Assembly (NCBI RefSeq): GCF_963524655.1
Contig: NZ_CAURHA010000002.1
Span: 19,839 to 83,838, forward strand
Length of the DNA: 64,000 nt
DNA from: an uncultured Veillonella sp.
GTDB lineage: Bacteria; Bacillota; Negativicutes; Veillonellales; Veillonellaceae
Direction: 5' to 3'
Below the pieces are notes generated by a model that saw only the letters and a list, made by a program, of their open reading frames with translations, had not been told where the DNA came from and searched no databases. Made by a program: the position numbers and the translations under genes. Position 1 is the stretch's first letter, and the number at the start of each line of letters is the position of its first letter. Below are positions 27,809 through 38,448 of the stretch, piece by piece.

Positions 27809-29839
27809 TTAAGACCGTAAGAATAACTTACCTAATTCATCAGGCGTAAATTTTATAATCGTTGGGCGACCATGTGGACAAACGTACGGTTTTTCAGTAC
27901 TAAATAAATCCTCAATTAAGGTAGTCATTTGATACATATTTAAATTATGACCTGCCTTAATGGCCCCTCTACAAGATGCATAGGCTAGCATTTCATGACG
28001 TAACTGAGCCTTAGTAGGCTGTTGATGTTCGTGTAAGTAAGAAAATACATATTGGAGAATTTCAAAAGCCTTTGACTCTACTAAATCTACAGGCGCCCCT
28101 ACTAATTTTATTTTCGTAGGACCACCTAACTCTACATCAAATCCAAGATCTAGTAAGGTTTCTCGCTCTTCCTCTACCAAATTCATTTCATCGTCAGTAG
28201 CCTCACTATATTGAGGCACAAGGATAGATTGCATAGGAATGGATTCAGAAGACTTACAAAGCTTATCATAACGTACACGTTCATGTGCTGCATGTTGATC
28301 TATAATATAGAGATCATCACCTTTTTTAGCCAAAATATAACAAGAAGCTACTTGGCCCATAGGTAAGAATCCAGAATTTTGAATGGTACGCTCCTCTATA
28401 TTTTCTTCACGAATATCTTGAGCTAAAGACTTAAATTTCTCAACGTCTTCCTTCGTATAACTAGTATATTCAGTAGGAACAGCATCGAAGCTTTCGTCTG
28501 TAAAGGACGACTGTTCATAAGTAGCCTTTGGCGGAGGTGGTGTAAAACCCTTAGTTTTAAGACTCTCTACAAACTGTGTAGTCTCACCGCGCATGACTTC
28601 GTAACCTTTAGTACGGCGACTACCAAATACTTTGTCATAATCTACCGCAGTAGCTATATGCTCAGCAGACTGCATCTCATCTTGTACAACAGAAGGTGTT
28701 CTATACGAATCATATGTACTATTGCCATGAGAGATATTAGTATTGTCATCTCCTTGGTTGATAGCCGTATTGTGGGTATTACTACTATCTTTTGACAATG
28801 ACTCACTTATGCCCATATAGGCAGATGACTCCCGTTCATATCGCTCATGAAGTGGATTATTTAAAGCATTTAAAATACCGTGGTAAACTGCTTTAAATAT
28901 AATCTTATCATCAGAGAATTTAACTTCACTCTTACGAGGATGTACGTTAATATCTACCATACCAGCAGGTACAGTAATATTAAGTACTACTAAAGGATGA
29001 CCGTTTTTAGGTAACAATGCATGGTAAGCATTATCGATAGCCTTCATTATTGTTTTATCGGAAATAACACGGTTATTAACGATAATAGTTTGCCAAATTC
29101 TAGTACTTTTAAGAAGGGTAGGTTTACTCACTACACCATCGATATAAATAGAGTCACTTTCATAAGCAACAGTGAAAATGTCATCCTTTGTTTTATAGCC
29201 ATATAATGCAGCTACTGTATCACCAATATTACCATTGCCAGGTGTAACTATAGCTACCCGATCATCTACGATGAGTTTAAAAGAAATATGTGGATTGCTA
29301 AGGGCAAGTTTGCCTACAATATCTTGAATTTTAGAAGATTCTGTACGCTCTGATTTCAAGAATTTGCGACGGGCTGGCGTATTGTAGAACAAATCTCTTA
29401 TTTCAATAGTCGTACCCGGTGCAGCACCATAAGGAATACAATCGGTAAATGTACCACCGTCAACAGTAATGCGAGTTCCTAAATCGGAGTCTGCTTTTCG
29501 TGTAGTTAAAGAGAAATGAGATACAGAGGCAATACTAGCCAATGCCTCCCCACGAAAGCCTAGAGAAGCAATATCAAATAAATCTTCTACCTGTTGTATT
29601 TTAGAGGTAGCATGACGCAAAATTGCCAGGCGTGCATCTTCCTCTGTCATACCGATACCATTATCGGTAATCCGCATATAAGCTACACCGCCATCGCCGA
29701 TTTCAACCTCAATATTAGTGGCGGACGCATCAATGGAGTTTTCAATGAGCTCTTTAATAACTGATGCGGGACGTTCCACAACTTCGCCAGCAGCTATTTT
29801 ATTGATTGTGGTTTCATCCAATACATGAATGGTTGCCAT
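27809..29839 (-). CDS. mutL: DNA mismatch repair endonuclease MutL
   Basis: KIAAGEVVERP, GFRGEAL, DINVHP.K, DQHAAHER and CPHGRP motifs. Confidence 0.97.
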   Translation of the reverse strand: MATIHVLDETTINKIAAGEVVERPASVIKELIENSIDASATNIEVEIGDGGVAYMRITDNGIGMTEEDARLAILRHATSKIQQVEDLFDIASLGFRGEALASIASVSHFSLTTRKADSDLGTRITVDGGTFTDCIPYGAAPGTTIEIRDLFYNTPARRKFLKSERTESSKIQDIVGKLALSNPHISFKLIVDDRVAIVTPGNGNIGDTVAALYGYKTKDDIFTVAYESDSIYIDGVVSKPTLLKSTRIWQTIIVNNRVISDKTIMKAIDNAYHALLPKNGHPLVVLNITVPAGMVDINVHPRKSEVKFSDDKIIFKAVYHGILNALNNPLHERYERESSAYMGISESLSKDSSNTHNTAINQGDDNTNISHGNSTYDSYRTPSVVQDEMQSAEHIATAVDYDKVFGSRRTKGYEVMRGETTQFVESLKTKGFTPPPPKATYEQSSFTDESFDAVPTEYTSYTKEDVEKFKSLAQDIREENIEERTIQNSGFLPMGQVASCYILAKKGDDLYIIDQHAAHERVRYDKLCKSSESIPMQSILVPQYSEATDDEMNLVEEERETLLDLGFDVELGGPTKIKLVGAPVDLVESKAFEILQYVFSYLHEHQQPTKAQLRHEMLAYASCRGAIKAGHNLNMYQMTTLIEDLFSTEKPYVCPHGRPTIIKFTPDELGKLFLRS

Positions 29840-32472
29840 TATTTCCCGCCTCCTTTACGAGCCTCCTCTTGTAGTTCATATAATTTATTTAATGCTTCAA
29901 TCGGTGTCATACTCATTACATCCACTTCGAGTAAGCTATCGACTACAGAATGAGTAAATAAGTTACCTAGTGGTGAATCACTGGCTTGTTTTGTAGTCGT
30001 TTTAACCACATTAGTAGATTGTCCACCAATTACACGGTTATTTAAATCACTAGTATCATGACTTTGATCTTCCAATGATTCCAAAATTACCTCTGCACGT
30101 TTTAACACAGAATTTGGTAAGCCTGCCAATCTCGCTACATGAATACCATAGCTACGGTCTGCACCACCTCTGATGATACGGCGCAAGAATGCAACATCCT
30201 TACCTTTTTCTTTTACAGCTACAGTGTAATTCTTTAATTTACTATAGCTTTCTTCTAAACAAATTAGCTCATGATAATGGGTAGCAAATAATGTCTTGCC
30301 GTGAATATGCTTACAAATATGCTCAACTACGGCTTGGGCAATACTTAAACCATCAAATGTACTAGTGCCACGACCAATTTCGTCTAGAATAATCAAGCTA
30401 TTATGGGTAGCATTTTCTAAGATATAGGCTACCTCTTTCATTTCCACCATAAAAGTACTTTGACCAGTAGAAATATCATCACTAGCACCTACGCGTGTAA
30501 AGATGCGATCCACTGGAGAAATAGATGCTTCACGGGCAGGAATAAAGGAGCCTATTTGAGCCATAATCATCAAAATAGCAGCTTGACGCATATATGTTGA
30601 TTTGCCGGCCATATTAGGGCCTGTAATGAGCAAGAATTCCTCATCATCGTGATTTAGAACGATATCATTTGGTACAAAAACTTCACGCTTCAAGAATTTT
30701 TCAATAATAGGATGACGACCATCTCGAATATTGATTTGGCCATTCATTACAATGGTAGGGCAAATATAATTCTCTTCGTAACCTACTAGTGCCAAAGAAC
30801 ACAATACATCAAGCTCAGCAAGAGCACGAGCTGTTTCTTGTACATCTTTAATAACGAGTTTTATATCATTTCGTAATTGTTGATATAATTCATGCTCTAA
30901 AGCGATAATCTTGTCTTTAGCGCTAAGAATTTTGATTTCAAACTCCTTTAACTCAGGCGTAATATAACGCTCTGCATTAGCTAAAGTTTGTTTTCGAATA
31001 AAGTAATCAGGTACTTGTTCAGATTTACTATGGGATACTTCAAAGTAATATCCAAATACCTTATTATAACCAGTTTTAATTTTAGATAAACCAGTAGCCT
31101 CTTTAATATCAGCTTCCATCTTAGCTAGCCACTGCTCGCTATTAGTAGCTAAAGAACGTAGTTCATCTAAATCCGGATTAAAACCATCTTTAATGACGCG
31201 GCCTTCTTTTAATGTCAATGCTGGTTGGTCAGCAATAGCATGGCATAATAAATCATAAATGTCTTTATGATCTTGGATGCGATCATTAATGGATGTTAAT
31301 GCTAAACTTGAGCATGTACCTAATACATCTTTCATATCTGGTAATACCGCCAAAGATTCACGAAGAGCCGTTAAATCTCTAGGCGATACAGAACCTGTTT
31401 CTACACGACCTACGATGCGCTCAAAATCATAAATACAATCTAATAAACTACGCATATGAGAGCGTTCAGCACCACGTGTAATAAGTTCTGCCACGGCCGC
31501 TTGACGTCGTTGAATTTGATTTACATCAGTCAACGGACTTTCAAGCCATTGCTTTAATAGGCGCGCTCCCATAGGTGTCAATGTACGATCTAGCACATCG
31601 AGTAACGTCCCTTTTTGACCGCCATCACGTAGATTATGGGTAATTTCTAAATGTCGTAAAGAAGATGTATCTAAGATCAGACGATTACCTACACTTAATT
31701 GATGTACATAGTTAATATGGGAAATTTCAGACTTAATAATTTCTTCTAAATATAGAAGCATATATCCTAATGCTTCCCATACATCCTCTTCCATAAGACC
31801 TAAATCACCAAAGTGATTCACAGCCTTCTCAGCTACCTCACGCTGTGTATAGTACGTAGTGAATGGTGATAAAACAACATTACTAAATTGATTTTCAATG
31901 AAATCTTTTATATCTTGCGGTAAAGTTGTCCCTTCAGGCAATATGATTTCACTTGGTCTATACATACTGAGTGCATCGTACATATCACTTCGTTTGTCAC
32001 TGTTAGTAATGCGATGCCAAATAACCTCCCCTGTAGATACATCAGAAAACACGAGTATCCATGCGTCTTTTACCATATAAAACAATGATAAAAAGTTATT
32101 AGACCTTGCATCATTACCATTTTCAGTCATTACCGTCCCAGGTGTAATGACCTTTACAACATCGCGTTTAACGATGCCCTTAACAGCTTTAGGATCTTCT
32201 AATTGCTCACAAATAGCAACCTTATAGCCCTTTTTAACAAGTGTTTCAATATAACTTTCAGCAGCATGAAAAGGAACGCCACACATCGGTGTGCGTTCCT
32301 CATCTCCTGTAGGGCGTCCTGTTAAGGTAATATTTAGTTCACGAGATGCAACTAATGCATCATCATTAAATAATTCATAAAAGTCACCTAAACGAAAGAA
32401 CAGTAATTCATCAGAATATCTAGTTTTAATATCTAAATACTGCTCCATCATAGGTGTTTGCTTTTTCGCCAT
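29839..32472 (-). CDS. mutS: DNA mismatch repair protein MutS
   Basis: TPMMEQY, FFRLGDFYELF, TGPNMAGKSTYMRQ, STFMVEM and DEIGRGTST motifs; start MAKKQT. Confidence 0.98.
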   Translation of the reverse strand: MAKKQTPMMEQYLDIKTRYSDELLFFRLGDFYELFNDDALVASRELNITLTGRPTGDEERTPMCGVPFHAAESYIETLVKKGYKVAICEQLEDPKAVKGIVKRDVVKVITPGTVMTENGNDARSNNFLSLFYMVKDAWILVFSDVSTGEVIWHRITNSDKRSDMYDALSMYRPSEIILPEGTTLPQDIKDFIENQFSNVVLSPFTTYYTQREVAEKAVNHFGDLGLMEEDVWEALGYMLLYLEEIIKSEISHINYVHQLSVGNRLILDTSSLRHLEITHNLRDGGQKGTLLDVLDRTLTPMGARLLKQWLESPLTDVNQIQRRQAAVAELITRGAERSHMRSLLDCIYDFERIVGRVETGSVSPRDLTALRESLAVLPDMKDVLGTCSSLALTSINDRIQDHKDIYDLLCHAIADQPALTLKEGRVIKDGFNPDLDELRSLATNSEQWLAKMEADIKEATGLSKIKTGYNKVFGYYFEVSHSKSEQVPDYFIRKQTLANAERYITPELKEFEIKILSAKDKIIALEHELYQQLRNDIKLVIKDVQETARALAELDVLCSLALVGYEENYICPTIVMNGQINIRDGRHPIIEKFLKREVFVPNDIVLNHDDEEFLLITGPNMAGKSTYMRQAAILMIMAQIGSFIPAREASISPVDRIFTRVGASDDISTGQSTFMVEMKEVAYILENATHNSLIILDEIGRGTSTFDGLSIAQAVVEHICKHIHGKTLFATHYHELICLEESYSKLKNYTVAVKEKGKDVAFLRRIIRGGADRSYGIHVARLAGLPNSVLKRAEVILESLEDQSHDTSDLNNRVIGGQSTNVVKTTTKQASDSPLGNLFTHSVVDSLLEVDVMSMTPIEALNKLYELQEEARKGGGK

Positions 32473-32474
32473 AC

Positions 32475-33791
32475 TTACCCCTTTTGTATTGTACCGTAGC
32501 AAACCCAAGTTTGTGCTTTATCAATATAGGCAGGTACTGTTTCACCAATTGATAAGGAATCGTCTTTTGGGAATAACACCATTTTATTCCCCGAAGTACG
32601 ACCAAACCACATATCTTCATCGCGAGGACTTGGCCCCTCAACAATAATATCAAACACTTGTCCTTCCATAGGTTTGTTCAATTCATAAGAGATTTCGTTT
32701 TGTACATCCATCAATGTTTGCAATCGCACACGCTTAACCTCTTCAGGAATTTGATCATCCATAGTCGCTGCTGGCGTACCAGAGCGTTTGGAATAGATGA
32801 AAGTATACGCCATATCATAACGTACGTCTTTCAATAATTGTAATGTAGCTTGGAAATCTTCCTCTGTTTCCCCTGGGAAGCCGACAATAATATCTGTAGT
32901 AACCACTACATCTTTAATTTTCTCACGACAGTACGACAGTAATTCTTTATAATGCTCTACTGTATAGTGTCGATTCATCTTTTTAAGAATACGATCTGAT
33001 CCTGATTGAATTGGTAAATGTAAATGTGTAACAATGTTGGAAGAACGGCCAAGAGCATCAATCATAGATTTAGTCATATCTTGAGGATGACTTGTCATAT
33101 AACGGATACGCTCTATGCCAGGAATGCCATCCAAAGCATCTATGAGTGTACCAAAATCAGTGCCATCTTTAAAATCTAATCCATAAGAGTTTACATTTTG
33201 GCCTAATAAGGTAATTTCTTTAAACCCTTTTGCACCTAGGTCAGTCACCTCTTTTACGATGGCCTCTACAGGACGGCTGATTTCTCTACCACGAACGTGC
33301 GGAACGATACAATACGTACAAAACTTGTTACAACCATTCATAATAGGTACCCAAGCATAGAATGTACCATTTGGCTTGGCTTCTAGTTCAGGAAGTACCG
33401 TGTTATCCATATCTACACTAATTTGATGTGTATGTCCCCGTTGTACTTCTTCAATCATTTCATTAATGTGTTGAATATTATGAGTACCTAAGACAATATC
33501 GATATGGGGAGCGCGCTTAAACATTTCAGCTTGATTCTTTTGTGCCATACATCCCGTAACAGCAAGAATCAAGTTTTTATTTTTACGCTTAAGTCTCATT
33601 AGCTCACCTATGCGGCCATAGACTTTAGTTTCTGCATTCTCACGCACTGCACAAGTATTTAATAAAATTAAATCTGCAGTTTCCACGTCCTCTGTTGGCG
33701 TATACCCAACAGATTCTAGCTGATGCGATAAGCGCTCAGAATCGGCAGTATTCATTTGACAACCATAGGTGTAAATATAATAAGACTTCAT
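32475..33791 (-). CDS. miaB: tRNA i6A37 methylthiotransferase
   Basis: TYGCQMN, NTCAVRENAE, GCNKFCTYCIVP, LLGQNVNSY and TSHP motifs; C-terminal TRAM domain. Confidence 0.96.
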   Translation of the reverse strand: MKSYYIYTYGCQMNTADSERLSHQLESVGYTPTEDVETADLILLNTCAVRENAETKVYGRIGELMRLKRKNKNLILAVTGCMAQKNQAEMFKRAPHIDIVLGTHNIQHINEMIEEVQRGHTHQISVDMDNTVLPELEAKPNGTFYAWVPIMNGCNKFCTYCIVPHVRGREISRPVEAIVKEVTDLGAKGFKEITLLGQNVNSYGLDFKDGTDFGTLIDALDGIPGIERIRYMTSHPQDMTKSMIDALGRSSNIVTHLHLPIQSGSDRILKKMNRHYTVEHYKELLSYCREKIKDVVVTTDIIVGFPGETEEDFQATLQLLKDVRYDMAYTFIYSKRSGTPAATMDDQIPEEVKRVRLQTLMDVQNEISYELNKPMEGQVFDIIVEGPSPRDEDMWFGRTSGNKMVLFPKDDSLSIGETVPAYIDKAQTWVCYGTIQKG

Positions 33792-33799
33792 TCTAACTC

Positions 33800-34672
33800 C
33801 TACACTTTAACAATCTTACGTTTAGTTTCAATAATATTTTTAACTTTAATAGACATGCGCTCAATCGACATACCTGTAATGTATTCAATTTCATTACGTA
33901 CAGATTTTTGTACTTGCTGCATCAATGTTTTTACAGGATAACCATGTTCAATAACAACAGCCATATCTACAATGAGACCATTTTGACCTTTATCACCTTT
34001 TTTAAAGGAAATATCACTAGACTCATCAACACCAGCTACTTTTTTTAGGCCATTACGAATTAATTTGATGATTACATCATCATCAAAGGTAAGACGTCCA
34101 TAATAACTGAAAGCAGGGCGTACTACAGAGCGTTCAAAGCCTTCAGAACCTATTTGTCCCAATGTATCTTGATCTTGTTTTTTCAAGGTACGACGCCACA
34201 TTGTTTTAATAGGATCAATCAAATAACCTCTAAAATGAGGCTTTAATTCCATAGTTGGGACCGGAATAATATGCTTGCCTTCTTTAAGACGAGCATGCTG
34301 TGCCCTTTCAATTTCTTTAGGCGTAGCAACATCCTCAATACGTATATATCGATCTGGATTTTGTAGGCCTAAGGCTTTTGTAATTTTCTTAACCATGTTA
34401 TCGGAAGTACCAATAATCATAAGTTTATTAGGATTAATTTTATCAAGTTGTTCTCGTACTGATTTTACTTGTACTTCATCTTGGAAAATAGCTCGGCGAA
34501 CAGCTTTTAAGCGACTAGACTCTTTTTTAGCAGAAAAACCAGCAACAATTTTATTATCATGGATTAAAATGCCATCATCGATGATACATTCAATTTTATT
34601 TTCGTGAGCCAGTACAAGCGCACGATGACTTTTACCAGTGCCACTACTACCAACAAATGCAATGACTTCCAT
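33800..34672 (-). CDS. P-loop domain fused to an Asp23/Gls24 domain (uncharacterised)
   Basis: N-terminal Walker A GSSGTGKS and IIDDG; C-terminal YGRLTF.DDVI...V.N.IEYITGM.I....I.V resembles Asp23. Confidence 0.7.
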   Translation of the reverse strand: MEVIAFVGSSGTGKSHRALVLAHENKIECIIDDGILIHDNKIVAGFSAKKESSRLKAVRRAIFQDEVQVKSVREQLDKINPNKLMIIGTSDNMVKKITKALGLQNPDRYIRIEDVATPKEIERAQHARLKEGKHIIPVPTMELKPHFRGYLIDPIKTMWRRTLKKQDQDTLGQIGSEGFERSVVRPAFSYYGRLTFDDDVIIKLIRNGLKKVAGVDESSDISFKKGDKGQNGLIVDMAVVIEHGYPVKTLMQQVQKSVRNEIEYITGMSIERMSIKVKNIIETKRKIVKV

Positions 34673-34687
34673 AGTCTACCTCATTAT

Positions 34688-35515
34688 TTATAACAAACTA
34701 ATAAATTCTGATACATCATTACCAGCTACTAAGTAATCACCAAAATTATCTGGTTCCTTTCCTGGAATTCCATGATAATCAGAACCACCAGTAATAAACA
34801 ATTTATGTTTTTTAGCTAATGCTTTATATCTCTCCACATCTATATCATTATGTTTGGAATGATATACCTCTATACCATCAAAATCAAAATCTAACATTTC
34901 TAATACATATTCATCACTAGATACTAATTTAGGATGTGCCATAACAGCAAAACCACCAGCTTTATGAATAATGTCAATAATATATTGAACCTCAACTTTT
35001 ACCTTAGGCACATAGCAACGGCTGTCCTTGCGAAGAATCCCTCTAAAGACTTCATTAACATCCTTAGCATATCCACCATCAATTAAAAGCTTACCAATAT
35101 GTGGACGTCCATAAGCTTTCGTATCAGGAAATTGTTTGATTAAATCTTCTTTTGTAATGTGATAACCTTCGATATTACAGCGTCTTATCATTTCATCGAC
35201 GCGTTCTTCACGTTTTCTTTTAAAGAACGAAATAAATTCATTTAACTCATTATTATTTTCATCAAAACAATATCCTAAAATGTGGATAGACTTATCTTTA
35301 TAATCAGCACTAAATTCACAGCCGTTTATAATTTTAATCGTTTCATTAGGATCTAATTCTTGCTGAGCGGTACGCAATGCTTTAATTCCATCAATTTCAT
35401 CATGATCAGTTAAAGCCATCATAGATACATTGCAATCTAAGGCATGACGCAATAATTCCTTTGGTGTTTCAATGCCATCGGAATAAACGGAATGCATATG
35501 AAAATCTACATGCAT
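34688..35515 (-). CDS. PHP domain phosphoesterase (TrpH/YciV-like)
   Basis: DFHMHSVYSDG, ALTDHD, GCEFS, IHILGY, GRPH, AHP and TGGSDYHG motifs. Confidence 0.9.
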   Translation of the reverse strand: MHVDFHMHSVYSDGIETPKELLRHALDCNVSMMALTDHDEIDGIKALRTAQQELDPNETIKIINGCEFSADYKDKSIHILGYCFDENNNELNEFISFFKRKREERVDEMIRRCNIEGYHITKEDLIKQFPDTKAYGRPHIGKLLIDGGYAKDVNEVFRGILRKDSRCYVPKVKVEVQYIIDIIHKAGGFAVMAHPKLVSSDEYVLEMLDFDFDGIEVYHSKHNDIDVERYKALAKKHKLFITGGSDYHGIPGKEPDNFGDYLVAGNDVSEFISLL

Positions 35516-35588
35516 ATAGTACCTCCCATTACAAATATTCTATCCTTTAATTATGACTGATTTAGTCTATTAATTCAAGTTTAGAAAG

Positions 35589-35631
35589 AAAAATTGCGAC
35601 CCTAATGAGCATTCACTAGAATCGCAATTTT
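35589..35631 (-). terminator. Terminator after proS
   Basis: AAAAATTGCGA...TCGCAATTTTT inverted repeat. Confidence 0.7.
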
Positions 35632-35632
35632 A

Positions 35633-37351
35633 TTATAAGTTTTGAAGTAATTCTGTTACTTTTGTAGCTACAGAATCAATAGCACAGGAAAGTGCCTCTC
35701 CAGTTTTACGGATTTGAATTTCTACTTCATTATTTTCAAGCGTATTTTTACTTACTGTAATGCGAAGAGGATAGCCAATTAAATCAGCATCCTTAAACTT
35801 AACGCCTGCACGATCTTTACGATCATCGAGCAATACATCTACACCAGCCTCTTGTAATGCAGTGTAAATAGTTGCACTTGTAGACATCAAAGCTTCATCT
35901 TTTGCATTAATCGGTACGATAACAGCTTCAAATGGAGCAATAGAACGTGGCCATATGATACCATTTTCATCATGATATTGCTCAATAGCAGCAGCTAATG
36001 TACGAGATACACCGATACCATAGCACCCCATAATCATTGGATTAGGACGACCATTTTGATCTAAGAATGTAGCTTGTAATGCTTCAGAATATTTAGTACC
36101 CAATTTAAATACTTGACCTACTTCAATACCTTTAGCATGTTCTAAAGAACCACCACATGTAGGACACACATCATCCTTCGTGATCAAGCGTATGGGAGCA
36201 ACAATAATATCTTCTACATTAAAGTCACGTTTAGGATTAATGTTTACATAGTGAGCATCTTTTTTGTTAGCCCCACCACAAACATTGTATGTTTCCATAA
36301 CAGATTCATCTACAACAATAGCAAATTCTTCTGTTTGTTCTAAGCCTACAGGACTGATAAATCCAGCTGTTAAACCTACTTTTTCCAATTCTTCAGGTGT
36401 AGCCATTTCTGGCTCTACAGAACCAAGTACGGCATGTTGTACAGCAACCTCATTGACTTCATGATCGCCACGAACGATAGCTAATACTACTTTACCATCG
36501 ATAGAGAACACTACAGCTTTAATAGTTTTATGTAGTGGTAAGTTTAACATTTCTGCAACAGCTTCAATAGAGCTAGCATTAGGCGTGTCTACAACAGATA
36601 ACTCTTGAAGAGCTTCTTCTGCTTGTTTCATGATGCCAGGCTTGCCGATTTCAATATTCGCAGCGTAGTCGCATTTAGTGCAATATACGATATCCGCTTC
36701 ACCAGCTTCAGCGATAGCCATAAACTCATGAGTACCGCTACCACCGATAGCACCACTATCAGCCTCTACAGGACGGAATGTAAGGCCACAACGATTAAAG
36801 ATACGCGTATAAGCATCATACATAGATTTGTAGGATTCTTCTAAGCCGGCTTCATCAACATCAAAGGAATAAGCATCTTTCATGATAAATTCGCGGCTAC
36901 GCATCAAACCATAACGAGGGCGACGTTCATCGCGGAATTTACTTTGAATTTGATATAAATTTACCGGCAATTGACGGTAGGAATTAATTTCATTTTTTAC
37001 GAGGGTCGTAATCATTTCTTCATGAGTTGGTCCTAAGCAGAACTCATTGTCATGACGATCATTAATACGCATCATTTCTGCGCCATATGCATTCCAACGG
37101 CCAGACTCTTTCCAAATCTCTGCAGGTTGTAAAATAGGCATCATAATTTCTTGAGCGCTAGCACGATCCATTTCTTCACGTACGATAGCTTCAATTTTTT
37201 TAATACTTCTCCAACCTAATGGTAAAAAGCTATATAAACCATTTGCAGTTTTACGCATAAAACCAGCGCGAAGCATGAGCTGTTGGCTTACTACATCAGC
37301 GTCGGATGGAACCTCACGCAATGTAGGTGCATATAATTTAGTGGCTAACAT
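35633..37351 (-). CDS. proS: Proline--tRNA ligase (with INS editing domain)
   Basis: LGPTHEE, FRDERRPRYGLMRSREFIMKDAYSF, GIEVGQVFKLG and MGCYGIGVSR motifs. Confidence 0.98.
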   Translation of the reverse strand: MLATKLYAPTLREVPSDADVVSQQLMLRAGFMRKTANGLYSFLPLGWRSIKKIEAIVREEMDRASAQEIMMPILQPAEIWKESGRWNAYGAEMMRINDRHDNEFCLGPTHEEMITTLVKNEINSYRQLPVNLYQIQSKFRDERRPRYGLMRSREFIMKDAYSFDVDEAGLEESYKSMYDAYTRIFNRCGLTFRPVEADSGAIGGSGTHEFMAIAEAGEADIVYCTKCDYAANIEIGKPGIMKQAEEALQELSVVDTPNASSIEAVAEMLNLPLHKTIKAVVFSIDGKVVLAIVRGDHEVNEVAVQHAVLGSVEPEMATPEELEKVGLTAGFISPVGLEQTEEFAIVVDESVMETYNVCGGANKKDAHYVNINPKRDFNVEDIIVAPIRLITKDDVCPTCGGSLEHAKGIEVGQVFKLGTKYSEALQATFLDQNGRPNPMIMGCYGIGVSRTLAAAIEQYHDENGIIWPRSIAPFEAVIVPINAKDEALMSTSATIYTALQEAGVDVLLDDRKDRAGVKFKDADLIGYPLRITVSKNTLENNEVEIQIRKTGEALSCAIDSVATKVTELLQNL

Positions 37352-38430
37352 AAAGACTCCTCATCTAAACTTTCTAAATATTGATCAATTTCTCTAAATA
37401 ATGTATCTACTAATTCGGCTTCTGGCACAGTCTTAATAACTTCTCCTTTACGGAATACGATACCTTGTCCATCGCCACCAGCGATACCAAAGTCAGCTTC
37501 GCGAGCTTCCCCTGGTCCATTTACAACACAGCCCATTACAGCAACCTTTATTGGAGCTTTAATGGATGCTAATCGCTCTTCTACAATGCCAGCCATATCA
37601 AATAAATTTACTTGGCAACGACCACAGGTAGGACAAGATATCATAGTGGCACCAAAGTTTCGTAATCCTAAGCTACTTAGAATACTACGACCTACTTCGA
37701 TTTCATGAATTGGATCTCCTGTTAAAGATACCCGTAACGTATCGCCAATACCATCAAGCAGTAAAGAACCAATACCCATAGCAGATTTAATAGTACCTTG
37801 TTTAATAGTACCTGCTTCGGTAACACCTAAATGCAATGGATAAGGAATTTTATCGGATAATTTACGATAAGCTTCAACCATTAAAGGTACTTCAGTAGCC
37901 TTGATAGATAATTTCATTTGACGATAGTCTAATTTTTCTAGAATTCTTACGTGTTCTAAAGCGGTTTCAACCATTCCGTCAGCTGTAGGATGACCTCCAT
38001 GAGCATCGAGAATATGCTTTGGTAAAGAACCTGCATTAACACCTATACGAATTGGGATTTGTTTAGGTTTAGCCTTTTCAATAACAGCTAATACCTTATC
38101 TTCGCCCCCAATATTACCAGGATTAATGCGCAAGCCATCTACATTATTTTCAATAGCCTCTAATGCTAATCTATAATCAAAATGTATGTCCGCAATCAGT
38201 GGAATAGAAATACCAGCTCTAACGGCTTTTAAAGCCTTTGCAGACTCTATTGTTGGAACAGCGACACGAACTAGTTCACAACCAGCCTCTGCTAAATGGT
38301 TAATTTCAGCAATCGCCTTTTCCGTATGTACCGGATCTGTTGTAATCATTGATTGAATACTTACCGGTGCATAATCACCAATTTTAACTGTACCTACATA
38401 GATACCATTTGTTGGTTTACGTACAATCAT
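37345..38430 (-). CDS. ispG: (E)-4-hydroxy-3-methylbut-2-enyl-diphosphate synthase
   Basis: ADIHF, RINPGNIG, HLGVTEAG, SCPTCGR and MGCVVNGPGEA motifs. Confidence 0.97.
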   Translation of the reverse strand: MIVRKPTNGIYVGTVKIGDYAPVSIQSMITTDPVHTEKAIAEINHLAEAGCELVRVAVPTIESAKALKAVRAGISIPLIADIHFDYRLALEAIENNVDGLRINPGNIGGEDKVLAVIEKAKPKQIPIRIGVNAGSLPKHILDAHGGHPTADGMVETALEHVRILEKLDYRQMKLSIKATEVPLMVEAYRKLSDKIPYPLHLGVTEAGTIKQGTIKSAMGIGSLLLDGIGDTLRVSLTGDPIHEIEVGRSILSSLGLRNFGATMISCPTCGRCQVNLFDMAGIVEERLASIKAPIKVAVMGCVVNGPGEAREADFGIAGGDGQGIVFRKGEVIKTVPEAELVDTLFREIDQYLESLDEESLC

Positions 38431-38448
38431 TGTAATCTCCCATCTGTC

